A stretch of DNA of 24,283 nt from Trueperaceae bacterium (GTDB lineage Bacteria > Deinococcota > Deinococci > Deinococcales > Trueperaceae). The notes under the pieces are model-generated. The model was given only the letters and a program-made list of their open reading frames with translations. It was not told the DNA's origin and searched no databases. Location of the stretch: positions 58,709 to 82,991 of the forward strand of contig JBBDRK010000066.1 in assembly GCA_040905465.1 (NCBI GenBank), written 5' to 3'. This document shows positions 12,937-22,920 of this stretch, in pieces; positions within the stretch are counted from its first letter, which is position 1; every line of letters begins with the position of its first letter. Both the position numbers and the translations under genes were made by a program.

Positions 12937-12942
12937 TATGCT
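12937..12942 (+). promoter_or_regulatory. Leaderless -10 box (TATGCT-N6-ATG) for rbfA
   Basis: gagTATGCTcgcggcATG with no SD. Confidence 0.6.
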
Positions 12943-12948
12943 CGCGGC

Positions 12949-13245
12949 ATGGACCGCAACGATCAGCTCGAACGTTCGCTCGCCAGGTTGCTCAGCGACC
13001 TGCTGCCCACCCTCAAGGACCCGCGCATACCGCTGGTGGTAACCGTCGAACGCGTGCATCTGACTCCGGACAAACGAAACGCCCGGGTGCAGGTCAGCAC
13101 TCTCGACGAGTCCGCGGAGGACGACATGCTGGCGGCGCTGAACGGAGCCAGCGGCTTCCTGCAGCGGCGCGTTGCCGATGAGTTGGAGTTGCGGCTCACC
13201 CCCAGGTTGAGTTTCCACAGCGATCCGCTGGAAGTGCTCAGGTGA
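12949..13245 (+). CDS. rbfA: Ribosome-binding factor A
   Basis: LKDPRIP.VVTVERVHLTPD...ARVQVS, LNGASGFLQR and LRLTPRLSF motifs; 98 aa from ATG 12949. Confidence 0.9.
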   Translation: MDRNDQLERSLARLLSDLLPTLKDPRIPLVVTVERVHLTPDKRNARVQVSTLDESAEDDMLAALNGASGFLQRRVADELELRLTPRLSFHSDPLEVLR

Positions 13246-13637
13246 GGCTGCGGGTCCGGTTCGCCGAGACCGACCAGATGGCAATCGCCCACCACAGCTC
13301 GTACGTCGTCTGGATGGAGGCCGCCCGGGTGGAGTGGCTGCGCGAGCGCGGTATGTCGTATCGCCAGTTGGAGGACGAAGGGGTGTCGCTGGCGGTGAGC
13401 AGGATCGAGGTCGCCTACCGAACGGCGGTTCGCTTCGACGATGAGGTAGAGATAACGACGAGGCTGGTCGAGGCCCGTAGCCGCCGCTTCCGCTTCGACT
13501 ACCAGGTGCGCCGGCCGGAGGCGCAGGCGGCGCTGGCAAGCGGGGTCAGTGTTCACGTGCCCACAGATCGCCAGGGTCGGGCCGTGCGGCTGCCCGACGA
13601 GTGGCTGCAGCGACTGCAGGGACTGGTGCAGGACTGA
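13242..13637 (+). CDS. Acyl-CoA thioesterase (YbgC/FcbC hot-dog family)
   Basis: RVRFAETDQMAIAHHSSYVVWMEAAR signature. GTGA overlap with rbfA. Confidence 0.88.
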   Translation: MRLRVRFAETDQMAIAHHSSYVVWMEAARVEWLRERGMSYRQLEDEGVSLAVSRIEVAYRTAVRFDDEVEITTRLVEARSRRFRFDYQVRRPEAQAALASGVSVHVPTDRQGRAVRLPDEWLQRLQGLVQD

Positions 13638-13725
13638 GCCGTGGCGCGGGCCCGACGACGATGGGTGAGCGGGACCGTTATTCTTGGGGCGAAGGAACGA
13701 CGAGGTGCCACGTGAGCAGGAACGC

Positions 13726-15219
13726 ATGAGCAAAATTGCCGTACGCACGGAAGCAATCCGAAACGACAAGATCAGGGGTCAGGCGCTCACCTACGACGAT
13801 GTCCTGCTGGTGCCGGCGCGGTCCGAGGTGCTGCCGCGCGAAGTGGATGTCTCCTCGCGATTCAGTCGCCGTGTGACCCTGAACATCCCGATCGCATCGT
13901 CGGCGATGGACACCGTCACCGAGACCCGCATGGCGATCGCTCTGGCGCGCGCCGGCGGAATCGGGGTGATCCACAAGAAGATAGCCGTGGCCGACCAGGC
14001 AGAAATGGTCCGTAAGGTGAAGCGCTCCGAATCGGGGATGATCGTCGACCCGATCACCCTGCCGCGCAGCGCAACGGTGGGCGACGCCCAGCGGCTCATG
14101 AGCGAGTACCGAATAAGCGGCGTGCCGATCGTGGAGGCGGGTGGCCGGCTGGCCGGCATCCTCACCAATCGCGACCTGCGGTTCGTGGACGATCCGACGT
14201 TACCGGTAGACGACCTCATGACCCGTGACGAGTTGGTGACCGTCCCCGTCGGCACCACGCTAGAGGAGGCCAAGGACCTCCTGCGTCGTCACCGCATAGA
14301 GAAGCTGCTTGTGGTCGACGAGGGCTTCGTGCTGCGCGGACTCATCACCATCAAGGACATCATGAAGAAGCTGGAGTTTCCTCTGGCCGCCAAGGACTCG
14401 CTGGGCCGGCTGCGGGTAGCGGCAGCGGTGGGAGCGTCCGGAGACCTCGAGGCGCGCGCCGGCGCCCTGGTGGAGGCCGGCGTGGACGCCCTGGTGCTGG
14501 ACAGCGCCCACGGCCACTCGCAGGGGATTCTCGATGCGCTTACCTATCTCAAGGCGAGTTTCGAGGTAGATGTGGTTGCCGGCAACATAGGCACCGCGGA
14601 AGCCGCCCGCGAGCTTGTCGAGCGTGGTGCCGACGCGGTGAAGGTCGGCATCGGACCGGGCAGCATCTGCACCACGCGGGTCGTCACCGGAGTCGGCGTA
14701 CCGCAACTCTCGGCCATCCTGGACATCGCCGGCGTGCTCCAGGACGGCGAAGTGCCGCTCATCGCCGACGGCGGAATCAAGCAGACCGGGGACCTGGCCA
14801 AGGCCCTGTCGGCGGGTGCCGACAGCATCATGATCGGTTCGATGCTGGCCGGAACGAGCGAATCGCCGGGCGAGGAGATCCTGCGCGAGGGCCGTCGCTA
14901 CAAGACCTACCGGGGGATGGGGAGCCTGGGCGCGATGTCCGGCGGCAGCGCCGACCGATACTTCCAGGAAGACGCCAAGAAGCTGGTTCCCGAAGGGATA
15001 GAAGGCATAGTCTCTTACAAGGGGCCGGTCGGCGACGTGTTGTTCCAGATGGTGGGCGGCCTGCGCAGCGCCATGGGCTACTGCGGAGCCGCCGACATTG
15101 CCTCGCTGAAGCGCGACGCCCAGTTCGTCACGATCACTCAGGCCAGCCTGATCGAGTCCCACCCGCACGACGTGACGATAACCAACGACGCGCCGAACTA
15201 TTCGCTCTCCCGAAAATGA
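13726..15219 (+). CDS. guaB: IMP dehydrogenase with CBS pair
   Basis: [18 protein letters not shown], catalytic [23 protein letters not shown] and ESHPHD motifs. ATG 13726 follows AGGA; a TATTCT candidate -10 lies at 13679-13684. Confidence 0.97.
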   Translation: MSKIAVRTEAIRNDKIRGQALTYDDVLLVPARSEVLPREVDVSSRFSRRVTLNIPIASSAMDTVTETRMAIALARAGGIGVIHKKIAVADQAEMVRKVKRSESGMIVDPITLPRSATVGDAQRLMSEYRISGVPIVEAGGRLAGILTNRDLRFVDDPTLPVDDLMTRDELVTVPVGTTLEEAKDLLRRHRIEKLLVVDEGFVLRGLITIKDIMKKLEFPLAAKDSLGRLRVAAAVGASGDLEARAGALVEAGVDALVLDSAHGHSQGILDALTYLKASFEVDVVAGNIGTAEAARELVERGADAVKVGIGPGSICTTRVVTGVGVPQLSAILDIAGVLQDGEVPLIADGGIKQTGDLAKALSAGADSIMIGSMLAGTSESPGEEILREGRRYKTYRGMGSLGAMSGGSADRYFQEDAKKLVPEGIEGIVSYKGPVGDVLFQMVGGLRSAMGYCGAADIASLKRDAQFVTITQASLIESHPHDVTITNDAPNYSLSRK

Positions 15220-15347
15220 CGCGGCTGCGGGCGCTGGGGTGTTCGCCACCGGTCACGCACGTTGCAGGTGACCGTGGGACGCGGCCGCGCGCGCCGGGTT
15301 ATCCTGACTCCCGATCTACCCGCCGGTGGCACCCGGCCGGCCGCTCA

Positions 15348-15869
15348 CTAGAGCTCCCGCATCTCCAGCTCGGCCTGCAGGTAGCGCAGCCGTCGCCGCA
15401 GCTCGTGCAGCTCCCTCTCGCCGGCCAGCTCGCCCGACAACTCTGCCATCATGCTCCGCATCTCGGCCCCAATGCTCCGCATCTCTGCCAGCTCGACGCG
15501 GACGAGCTCCAACTCGTCATGCAGCGAGTGCAGGTCCTCCGCCATCCGTTCGAGCAGCTGAGGGCTCGCTCGCTGAGCGCCGATCCGCCGTTCCGGAACC
15601 GTCTCGCCCCGATCGAGCGCTTCGAGGGCCTCGCGAATGCTTGCCGCCCGGTTCTGCAACACCAGGCGGCGGGCCGCCCCCAGTTCACTCACTGCCCGTT
15701 CCGGCCAGATGCGGCTGCGCGTCCTCGGATCCCGGGGCAGATCGCCGCGGACACCGGAGTAGATCTCGGCCAGTCGGCGCAATCCGCTAGGGCTGACCCC
15801 CAGGGCTTCGGCAGCCTCCTGGGGACTGAGGCTCCTCTCGCCGGCTCGAGCGCCTTCGCTCTCGTTCAC
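15348..15869 (-). CDS. MerR-like HTH DNA-binding protein with C-terminal coiled coil
   Basis: LSPQEAAEALGVSPSGLRR HTH followed by a wing (PRDPRTRSRIW) and a heptad-rich C-terminus. GTG 15869 lies 9 nt after a TACTAT box (15879-15884). Confidence 0.75.
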   Translation of the reverse strand: MNESEGARAGERSLSPQEAAEALGVSPSGLRRLAEIYSGVRGDLPRDPRTRSRIWPERAVSELGAARRLVLQNRAASIREALEALDRGETVPERRIGAQRASPQLLERMAEDLHSLHDELELVRVELAEMRSIGAEMRSMMAELSGELAGERELHELRRRLRYLQAELEMREL

Positions 15870-15884
15870 AGTGCAACCATAGTA

Positions 15885-15931
15885 CGCCACCCTCACCCAT
15901 GGCGCCAATGGTAGCGCCATGCCTCGCGCCA
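15885..15931. repeat. Four CGCCA/TGGCG direct repeats including a perfect palindrome CATGGCGC-N8-GCGCCATG
   Basis: CGCCA at 15885, 15903, 15915 and 15927 (spacing 18/12/12); inverted repeat arms at 15898-15905 and 15914-15921. Confidence 0.6.
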
Positions 15932-15952
15932 CAGGTGTTGCTCGTGTGCACC

Positions 15953-17524
15953 TCAAGGTTCCAGCAGGTGCTCGCCAGACGAGCCGGTCGTTCGGTAGAG
16001 GTCCATCATCGGCCGAACGCCGAACTTCAGGAAGAAGGAGAACGGGCTCATCAGTCGCTCTTGAGGCGAGCCGGATGGGAACAGGTGCGACTCCAGGCGT
16101 CCCAGGTGTCGGCGAGTGATGGCGTCGTTGCGAAGCAACGCCTCCCCTGCCTTGCCGCGCAGCAACTCGATGGAGCGCTCGACGCGGATCCGGCTGCGCT
16201 CTACCGTCCCTTCGAGCGTCGTGTCTATCGCGCCGACCCGGCGCAGCAACTCCTCCGACTCGACCTCGAGGCGCCGCAGCGCTTCCTCGAATGCGTCGCT
16301 ATGTCCGTGGCGCTCGAGGAGCACGCGCTCGAACGCCCGCTCCCGCTGCGCCTCGTACTGTCCGTAATCGAGTCCATACTTCTCGAGAATCCGGCGCACG
16401 GGAGGTTCGAGGACGACCGTCGTCGCGCGTGGCCGAATCAGCGGCATGGGCACGGCATGGTGGCCGTAGACACCCCTGAGCTGCGCCAGGTAGCGCAGCT
16501 CGCCGGGTCCGACGACGAACGCCACCGTGGGCAGCACGGCGTCCTGGGCAACCGGCCTCAGACCGGCCGCCGGCGTGACCCGTCCCGGCTCCTCGCGCAA
16601 CAACGACTGCAACTCCGCCGGCTGGTACTTGCGAGTCGGCGAGCTGAACGATCTTCCGTCGAAACGCAGCAGGTGCCGGTGCGGCAGCCCGTCGTCGCCG
16701 GGTTCGTCGATGAACAAGTTGGTGGCGTCATGGCCGCGGCCCAGTTGCGGATCGAGGCCGATCCGGCGCAACTGGTCGCCGGCTGCGGTGATGGCGTCGA
16801 CGGTAACTGTGGGCTCGGCCAATTCACGCTCGAGCACCTCCCCGAACAGGGCGGCGATGCCGGGCCGGGTCGGATCGAGCACTAGCAACCCCTCCTGGCC
16901 CAGCAGCCGGTAAATGAGCCCCGAGAACAGGTCGGCGAAACTCTCGGCGCCGCGGCTGCACTCCTCCACCAGCCGACACGCGTCGGCAACGTGTTCGGGG
17001 CGGCCACCCACTCGCCTCAGCTGATCGACCATCAGCTCCAGCCACTCTTGCCGGAACGGGACGCTGCCGGACGCCACGCCGGCAGGGAGCGGAACTTCGA
17101 GCCGGTGCAGTCTCTCCTCACCGTCTAGCAGATGGGCGTGGTCGACCTCATCGGTGTCGTGGTCCTGGCCCGCGATCCAGAAGACCGGCACCACCGGAGC
17201 ATGCTCGCTGTGCAACTCTCGTGCCAGCCGAATCGCGCTCATGGCCTTCGCCAGGCTGTAGGCAGGGCCCAGCAGCATGCCCGGTTGCTGCCCGGTAACG
17301 ACTACCCGGCTCTGGGGGTCGGCCAGCAACTCCAGCGAAGCGTGCGCCTCCGGCGGCGCGCCCAGTCGCTGCGCCTCGCGACTCAATTCTGCGGCGAGAG
17401 CCACACGGGGGCGTTCGAGCCGGCGAGCGAGCGCTGCTATCGTTTCGTTCGGTTTCAAGTCGAAGAATGACGCCAACTCGCCGGCGAGATAACGCGTCAG
17501 GAAGGGCGGGGTAGCGGCTGGCAC
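15953..17524 (-). CDS. bshC: Bacillithiol biosynthesis cysteine-adding enzyme
   Basis: VVVTGQQPG..GPAYSL.KA, VPVFWIAGQDHD..EV, LRPVAQDAVLPT...VGPGE..Y and PQER motifs. GTG 17524 gives 523 aa. Confidence 0.92.
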   Translation of the reverse strand: MPAATPPFLTRYLAGELASFFDLKPNETIAALARRLERPRVALAAELSREAQRLGAPPEAHASLELLADPQSRVVVTGQQPGMLLGPAYSLAKAMSAIRLARELHSEHAPVVPVFWIAGQDHDTDEVDHAHLLDGEERLHRLEVPLPAGVASGSVPFRQEWLELMVDQLRRVGGRPEHVADACRLVEECSRGAESFADLFSGLIYRLLGQEGLLVLDPTRPGIAALFGEVLERELAEPTVTVDAITAAGDQLRRIGLDPQLGRGHDATNLFIDEPGDDGLPHRHLLRFDGRSFSSPTRKYQPAELQSLLREEPGRVTPAAGLRPVAQDAVLPTVAFVVGPGELRYLAQLRGVYGHHAVPMPLIRPRATTVVLEPPVRRILEKYGLDYGQYEAQRERAFERVLLERHGHSDAFEEALRRLEVESEELLRRVGAIDTTLEGTVERSRIRVERSIELLRGKAGEALLRNDAITRRHLGRLESHLFPSGSPQERLMSPFSFFLKFGVRPMMDLYRTTGSSGEHLLEP

Positions 17525-17529
17525 GGCAC

Positions 17530-17535
17530 AGCTTA
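17530..17535 (-). promoter_or_regulatory. Leaderless -10 box (TAAGCT-N5-GTG) for bshC
   Basis: Minus strand reads acggTAAGCTgtgccGTGcca, in frame with bshC, with no SD. Confidence 0.6.
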
Positions 17536-17574
17536 CCGTGGCGAATCGGCCGTTCCGGTCGCCTGTCTGGCACG

Positions 17575-17583
17575 TGATAGAAT
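17575..17583 (+). promoter_or_regulatory. Extended -10 (TGaTAGAAT) for the uORF-comB-wecB unit
   Basis: Near-consensus TGnTANAAT in the divergent intergenic region. Confidence 0.6.
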
Positions 17584-17590
17584 TCCGGGC

Positions 17591-17680
17591 GTGTCCGCAT
17601 TGCAGAAGTATTCCGTGACACACGCTGTCGAGCTCAGCCCGCGCGGCCACCCGTCGCGGCCGGCCCGAGAACCCCGCTAG
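17591..17680 (+). CDS. Putative leaderless 29-aa upstream peptide MSALQKYSVTHAVELSPRGHPSRPAREPR
   Basis: GTG 7 nt after TAGAAT, open for 29 codons, with TAG directly abutting the comB ATG. Too short for the ORF track. Confidence 0.4.
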   Translation: MSALQKYSVTHAVELSPRGHPSRPAREPR

Positions 17681-18415
17681 ATGCGCGTTCGTATCGACCT
17701 TCTCCCCCGCCCCGTCTACCACGGCGAGTTGGTGGTCCTCATCGACATCCTCCGGTCGTGCACGGTCGCCCCCGTGCTGTTCGATGGCGGACTGTCGCGA
17801 TTGACCATGTGCGCTTCGCTGCGTGAGGCGCGTAAGGACGCTGCCGGAGGGAAGCTGTTGGTGGGCGAACGTGCCGGAGTTCCTCCGGAGGGTTTCAACT
17901 ACGGCAACTCGCCATCGGAGCTGCGCCGCGCCGATCTTGCCGGACGTGAAGCGGTGGTGGTCTCGGACAACGCTCCCAAGGCCCTGCCGGCGCTCGAAGG
18001 AGCGTCGGAGGTGCTGCTGGCGTCGCTGTACAACGCGGCTGCGGTTGCTTCGGCGGTCCGGTCGGCCGCCCGCGAGAGGGTGAGCCTGGTGTGCTCCGGC
18101 TACCACGGCCAGGAGGACCTGGACGACACCATGGCCGCCGGATTCCTGGCCGGCGAGATCAGTCGCCTCACCGGCGGCGTACGCTTCGAAGGTGCCGCCC
18201 GGCTCGCCATCGGACTGTTGCGCGCATTCCCGGATCCGCTCGAGGCGCTATGGCACTCCACCGCCGGCCGGACATTGCGGAGTCATGAGCTCGCCGAGGA
18301 CCTGGCGGTGGCCAGCATGATCTCGCAGAGCGACCATGTCCCCCGCCTGGTGGCGATCGACGCCGGCAGACACTCCGACCTGTACCGCTTCGAATCGCTG
18401 TCGGCGGCCGGCTGA
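17681..18415 (+). CDS. 2-phosphosulfolactate phosphatase (ComB)-family protein
   Basis: VLIDILRS, GERAG, FNYGNSP and LVCSG...EDLDD motifs. The usual TTNGT segment is replaced by SDNAP. Confidence 0.85.
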   Translation: MRVRIDLLPRPVYHGELVVLIDILRSCTVAPVLFDGGLSRLTMCASLREARKDAAGGKLLVGERAGVPPEGFNYGNSPSELRRADLAGREAVVVSDNAPKALPALEGASEVLLASLYNAAAVASAVRSAARERVSLVCSGYHGQEDLDDTMAAGFLAGEISRLTGGVRFEGAARLAIGLLRAFPDPLEALWHSTAGRTLRSHELAEDLAVASMISQSDHVPRLVAIDAGRHSDLYRFESLSAAG

Positions 18416-18421
18416 ACCTCG

Positions 18422-19171
18422 GTGAGGCAGCCCGCCACCGTGAACGTCCTCGGCCACCGATTGGCCGTTCTCGATCTAGACGAGGCCGCTCGCTGGGTGC
18501 TCGACGTCGTTGGCGCGACGTCGCCGCGCCTGATCGTGACGCTCAATCCGGAGCTCGTAGTTCGCGCACGGCATGACCGGCACTTGCAGGCGGCGCTCGG
18601 CGAGGCCGACCTGACTGTGGCGGACGGTGTCGGGCTGCTGTGGGCGGCTCGCCGGGAGGGCCACCGGCTGCCCGGGCGAGTCTCGGGCGTGGATCTGGCG
18701 GCACGTGTCATGGAACTCGGCGGGTCCGATCTGCGGGTGTTCTTCCTGGGCGGGAAACCGGGGGTGGCCGAGTCGGCAGCGGCCGTGGCCCGTCGCCGCT
18801 GGCGAGTCGAGACTGCCGGTTGTCATCACGGCTACTTCAACGGGCCGGAAGAAACCGCGGCTTTGGTGGCAAAGGTAGCTGAGACGGCTCCCGACCTGCT
18901 GTTGGCGGGACTCGGCGAAAGCCAGGAGGTGTTCCTGGCCGGCAATCTCGGCTCACTGGGCGCGCGGGTGTCGATCGGGGTCGGCGGAACGCTCGACGTT
19001 CTGGCCGGGGCGGCCCGGCGCACTCCTGCCTGGACCCGGCGGCTACACCTGGAGTGGGCGTGGCGAGTCGGGCTCGACCGGCGCCGCTGGCACCGGGTAC
19101 CCAGGCTGTTTCGGTTCGTGAGGCTGGTACTGGAGCGCAGGGCGCCGTTTCCGACGAGAAAAGCAGACTAG
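18422..19171 (+). CDS. WecB/TagA/CpsF-family glycosyltransferase (GT26)
   Basis: VTLNPE, ADGVG, RVSGVDL, HHGYF, GVGGTLDV and LEWAWR motifs. Confidence 0.92.
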   Translation: MRQPATVNVLGHRLAVLDLDEAARWVLDVVGATSPRLIVTLNPELVVRARHDRHLQAALGEADLTVADGVGLLWAARREGHRLPGRVSGVDLAARVMELGGSDLRVFFLGGKPGVAESAAAVARRRWRVETAGCHHGYFNGPEETAALVAKVAETAPDLLLAGLGESQEVFLAGNLGSLGARVSIGVGGTLDVLAGAARRTPAWTRRLHLEWAWRVGLDRRRWHRVPRLFRFVRLVLERRAPFPTRKAD

Positions 19172-19216
19172 CGCACGACCGGTGGTCGCAACGGCTGGAG
19201 CCGAGAGGCAGTTCGC

Positions 19217-20674
19217 TCAGCGGCTGGTCGCCGGCTCGGAGAGTTCCGCTTCCAACTCGTCCTTCTCCGCGTCTTCACCGGGATGCCCGGCCGGGTAACG
19301 ACCGTTGAAGCAGGCCAGGCAGGTACGACCGAGAGCCACCGCCCGCGATAGCCCCTCCTCTGAGATGAACGACAGCGAGTCGGCGCCGATGCGCTGCCGG
19401 ATCTCCTCGACCGTCATCGAGGCGGCGGCCAGTTCCGCCCTGGCGGCGGTGTCGATCCCGTAATAACAGGGGTAACGGATCGGCGGGCTGGAAACGCGGA
19501 AGTGCACCTCGCTGGCGCCGGCCTCACGCAGCATCTGCACTATGCGTCCGGACGTGGTTCCGCGCACGATCGAGTCGTCCACCAGCACGATTCGCTGACC
19601 CTTCACGGCGGCGGTGGGCGCGAGCTTGAGCCGCACCTTGAGCTCGCGTAGCCGCTGATTGGGATTGATGAAGGTCCGGCCGGCGTACGGCGACTTGTAG
19701 AGGCCGACGTCGTAGGGGATCCCCGAAGCCCTGGCGTAGCCGATGGCAGCGGCGATGCCGGAATCCGGCACGCCGACTACCAGGTCGGCCGAGGCCGGCG
19801 CTTCCCGCGCGAGCATCTCGCCCATCCGCAAGCGGGCGGCGTGCACGCCCTCGCCCTCCAGCACGCTGTCGCCGCGCGCGAAGTAGATCCATTCGAACGC
19901 GCATGGAGTGCTCTCAGGCTCGAGCACCTGGCGGGAATGTAGGCCATCGTCGTCGGCAACGACCAGCTCGCCGGGCCGAACGTCGCGCAGGAAACGGGCG
20001 CCGATCACGTGAAGCGCGCTGCTCTCCGAAGCGAACACGTAGCCGCCGTTCAGCTCGCCGATCACCAGCGGCCGCACACCGTGGCCATCGCGCAGGCCGA
20101 TAACCCGCTTGCCGTCCATGATGGCCACCGCGAAACCACCCTCCAACTCCGTCATGACTCTGGCGGTAGCGTCGGCCAGCGACAGGTGGCTGTAACGGGC
20201 GATGAGGTTGATCATCACCTCGGAGTCGTTGGTGGTCTGGAACACCGCGCCTTCGTCGAGCATCTGGCGCCGCATCGCCTTGGCATTGGTGAAGTTTCCG
20301 TTGTGGGCGAGCGCCAGTATCCCCTTGTTCGACCTGACCGTCAGCGGCTGAGCGTTGAAGCGCAGGCTCGAGCCGGTGGTGGAGTAGCGGGTGTGGCCGA
20401 GTCCGCTGCGAGCCGACGCGAAGCGAAGCTTCTCCAGTCGTTCCTCGGTGAACACCTCGGAGACCAGCCCCATGTCCTTCTCGATGCGCAGTTCTCCGCC
20501 GCCGGCCACGCTGATCCCGCACGACTCCTGGCCGCGGTGCTGGAGGGCGAACAGACCCAGGTGGCAAAGCGAAGCCACGTCAGCCGCCAGCGGCAGGTGA
20601 ACGGCGAAGATGCCGCACTCCTCGCCGGGCTTGTCCCAGAATTCGGGGCCGTCCCAGGTCGCGATCTTATCCAT
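19217..20674 (-). CDS. purF: Amidophosphoribosyltransferase (propeptide plus Fe-S type)
   Basis: EE|CGIF N-terminal nucleophile, LQHRGQE, HTRYST, HNGN and VDDSIVRGTTS motifs; Fe-S cysteines in CAFE, PCYYG and CLAC. Confidence 0.97.
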   Translation of the reverse strand: MDKIATWDGPEFWDKPGEECGIFAVHLPLAADVASLCHLGLFALQHRGQESCGISVAGGGELRIEKDMGLVSEVFTEERLEKLRFASARSGLGHTRYSTTGSSLRFNAQPLTVRSNKGILALAHNGNFTNAKAMRRQMLDEGAVFQTTNDSEVMINLIARYSHLSLADATARVMTELEGGFAVAIMDGKRVIGLRDGHGVRPLVIGELNGGYVFASESSALHVIGARFLRDVRPGELVVADDDGLHSRQVLEPESTPCAFEWIYFARGDSVLEGEGVHAARLRMGEMLAREAPASADLVVGVPDSGIAAAIGYARASGIPYDVGLYKSPYAGRTFINPNQRLRELKVRLKLAPTAAVKGQRIVLVDDSIVRGTTSGRIVQMLREAGASEVHFRVSSPPIRYPCYYGIDTAARAELAAASMTVEEIRQRIGADSLSFISEEGLSRAVALGRTCLACFNGRYPAGHPGEDAEKDELEAELSEPATSR

Positions 20675-22920
20675 CAGGACAACGCCTCCCTAAGCGGGCG
20701 CTCGAAGTGTCCGCGCAGCTCGGCGACCTCGGCGTCGAGCCGCTCACCGCCGACCCGGATGCGCAGCGTGGTGCCCCCGACGGTACCGAGCACGGCCGAG
20801 GGCACTCCCTCCCGCGAGAACAGGCTGCCGACCCGGTCGACGAGGTCCGCGCGGACCGCCAGCAACACTCGCGACGGCGCTTCACCGAACAGCAGGACAT
20901 CCGGGCGCGCGGCTCCTTCGTACTCGTATTCGTCCAGAACGACATCACAGCCGCGGTCGCCGGCGATCGCCATCTCGGCCAACGCCACAGCAAGGCCGCC
21001 CTCGGAGCAATCGTGGGCCGTGTCGCAAAACCCCTCGTCGATGCAGCTGACCAATGACCGGTGCAGCCGGTGCTCCAGGTCGAGGTCGAGATGCGGGGGC
21101 CGGCCCGCCTCGATGCCGTGGACTACCGCCAGGTATTCGCTGGCGCCGAGCTCGGCGGCTTGCGGACCCACCATCACGATCACGTCGCCCGCGCGCTTCA
21201 GACCCATGGTCGCGTGACGGGAGACGTCGCGCAACACGCCTACCATTCCCACCGTCGGAGTCGGCAATACCGACACCACCCGTCCGGCGTCGTCGCGGTA
21301 CTGGTTGTAGAGGCTCACGTTGCCGCCGGTGACGGGCGTGTCGAGGGCCAGACAGGCGTCGCGCAAGCCCAGGACCGCTTGCTCGAGCTGAAAGTAGACC
21401 TCGGGGCGAGTCGGGTTGCCGAAGTTGAGATTGTTGGTTATCGCCAACGGGCGGGCGCCCACGCAGGCAACGTTTCGAGCCGCCTCGGCGACCGCGTGAC
21501 GAGCCCCCTCGTACGGATCGAGGCCGACGTAACGGGCGTTGCAGTCCACGCTCAAAGCGACGCCCAGGGCAGTCCCCTTCACGCGCAGCACTGCCGCATC
21601 GGCAGCACCCGGCACGACGACCGTGTTGGTCATTACCTGGTGGTCGTAACGCTCGAAGACCGGCCGCTTCGAACCGATGGTCGGACTCGCCAGGAGCCTC
21701 GCCAGTACCGCGTGGAGGTCGGCCGGAACGTCCACCTTCAGGGCGCGTTCCCGAAACTCGACCATGTCGGGGCTCTCTCGGCCTTCCCGCCGATAGCTGG
21801 GCGCCTCGTTCAGTGCCGCAACCGGCATGTCGCCGCACAGCTCGTCACCGTCGAAGAGTCGCAACCGCCCACCGGCGCGCACCTCCCCGATTTCGACAGC
21901 GTCGAGCTCCCAGAATCGCAGCAGTTCGAGCAGTTCGCCGACCCGCTCGGGAAGCACGGTCAAGACCATCCGCTCCTGGCTCTCCGACAGCATCACCTCG
22001 AGCGGCGACATCTCGGGTTCGCGGCGCGGTACCCGGTCGAGCCACAGGTCCACGCCGAGTCCCGCCCGGTAGGCCATCTCGCCGACGCTCGACGCCAGGC
22101 CGGCCGCCCCCATGTCCTGCACGCCGACCACCAGCCTGCGCTCGATGGCTTCGAGCGTCGCTTCGAGCAGCAGCTTTTCGAGGAACGGGTCTCCGACCTG
22201 CACCGCCGGCCGGTCGGCTTCGGAAGAAGACGAGAGATCGGCCGACGCGAACACCGCCCCGCCCAGCCCGTCGCGTCCGGTGCGCGAGCCGACGTAGACG
22301 AGCCTGTTGCCGGGCCCGCCGACGGTTCCGCTCTGGAGCTCTTCGTGGCGCATGAAACCGACGGCCATTACGTTCACCAGCGGGTTCTGACTGTAGCTGG
22401 GGTGGAAGGCTATCTCCCCTCCCACCGTCGGCACGCCGATAGCGTTGCCGTAATGCGATATCCCCTCGACCACTCCAGCCAGGAGCCAGCGATTTCGCTC
22501 GCCGTCCCTGGGGTGGTCGAGGGGTCCGAAGCGCAGAGCGTCGAGCACGGCAACCGGCCTGGCTCCCATGGCGAAGATGTCACGCAGTATGCCACCGACT
22601 CCGGTAGCCGCACCCTGAACCGGCTCGACCGCACTCGGGTGGTTATGACTCTCCATCTTGAACGCTACCGCCCGGCCCTCGCCGATGTCGACCACCCCGG
22701 CGTTCTCACCCGGGCCCTGGAGCACCTGCGGGCCCCGAGTCGGAAGCATCTTCAGCAGAGGCCGGGAGTTCTTGTAACCGCAGTGCTCGCTCCAGAGCGC
22801 GCCGAACATGGCGGCCTCCAGAACTTTCGGTTCCCGGCCGAGGAGAACGACGACCTGATCGAACTCCTCCTCAGTCAGTCCGAATACGGCCGCATTCGGC
22901 CGTTGCCCGGCGTCGATCAC
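20674..22920 (-). CDS. purL: Phosphoribosylformylglycinamidine synthase subunit PurL (small type)
   Basis: [44 protein letters not shown] and HDCSEGG motifs. Confidence 0.97.
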   Translation of the reverse strand: MIDAGQRPNAAVFGLTEEEFDQVVVLLGREPKVLEAAMFGALWSEHCGYKNSRPLLKMLPTRGPQVLQGPGENAGVVDIGEGRAVAFKMESHNHPSAVEPVQGAATGVGGILRDIFAMGARPVAVLDALRFGPLDHPRDGERNRWLLAGVVEGISHYGNAIGVPTVGGEIAFHPSYSQNPLVNVMAVGFMRHEELQSGTVGGPGNRLVYVGSRTGRDGLGGAVFASADLSSSSEADRPAVQVGDPFLEKLLLEATLEAIERRLVVGVQDMGAAGLASSVGEMAYRAGLGVDLWLDRVPRREPEMSPLEVMLSESQERMVLTVLPERVGELLELLRFWELDAVEIGEVRAGGRLRLFDGDELCGDMPVAALNEAPSYRREGRESPDMVEFRERALKVDVPADLHAVLARLLASPTIGSKRPVFERYDHQVMTNTVVVPGAADAAVLRVKGTALGVALSVDCNARYVGLDPYEGARHAVAEAARNVACVGARPLAITNNLNFGNPTRPEVYFQLEQAVLGLRDACLALDTPVTGGNVSLYNQYRDDAGRVVSVLPTPTVGMVGVLRDVSRHATMGLKRAGDVIVMVGPQAAELGASEYLAVVHGIEAGRPPHLDLDLEHRLHRSLVSCIDEGFCDTAHDCSEGGLAVALAEMAIAGDRGCDVVLDEYEYEGAARPDVLLFGEAPSRVLLAVRADLVDRVGSLFSREGVPSAVLGTVGGTTLRIRVGGERLDAEVAELRGHFERPLREALS

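Noticed and set aside
17525..18106. N-terminal extensions in the ORF track for bshC (also lysJ, lysZ, lysX, rbfA, purQ)
   Set aside because: They overlap neighbouring genes or the tRNA. Better starts with SD, stop-start overlaps or leaderless -10 boxes exist downstream.
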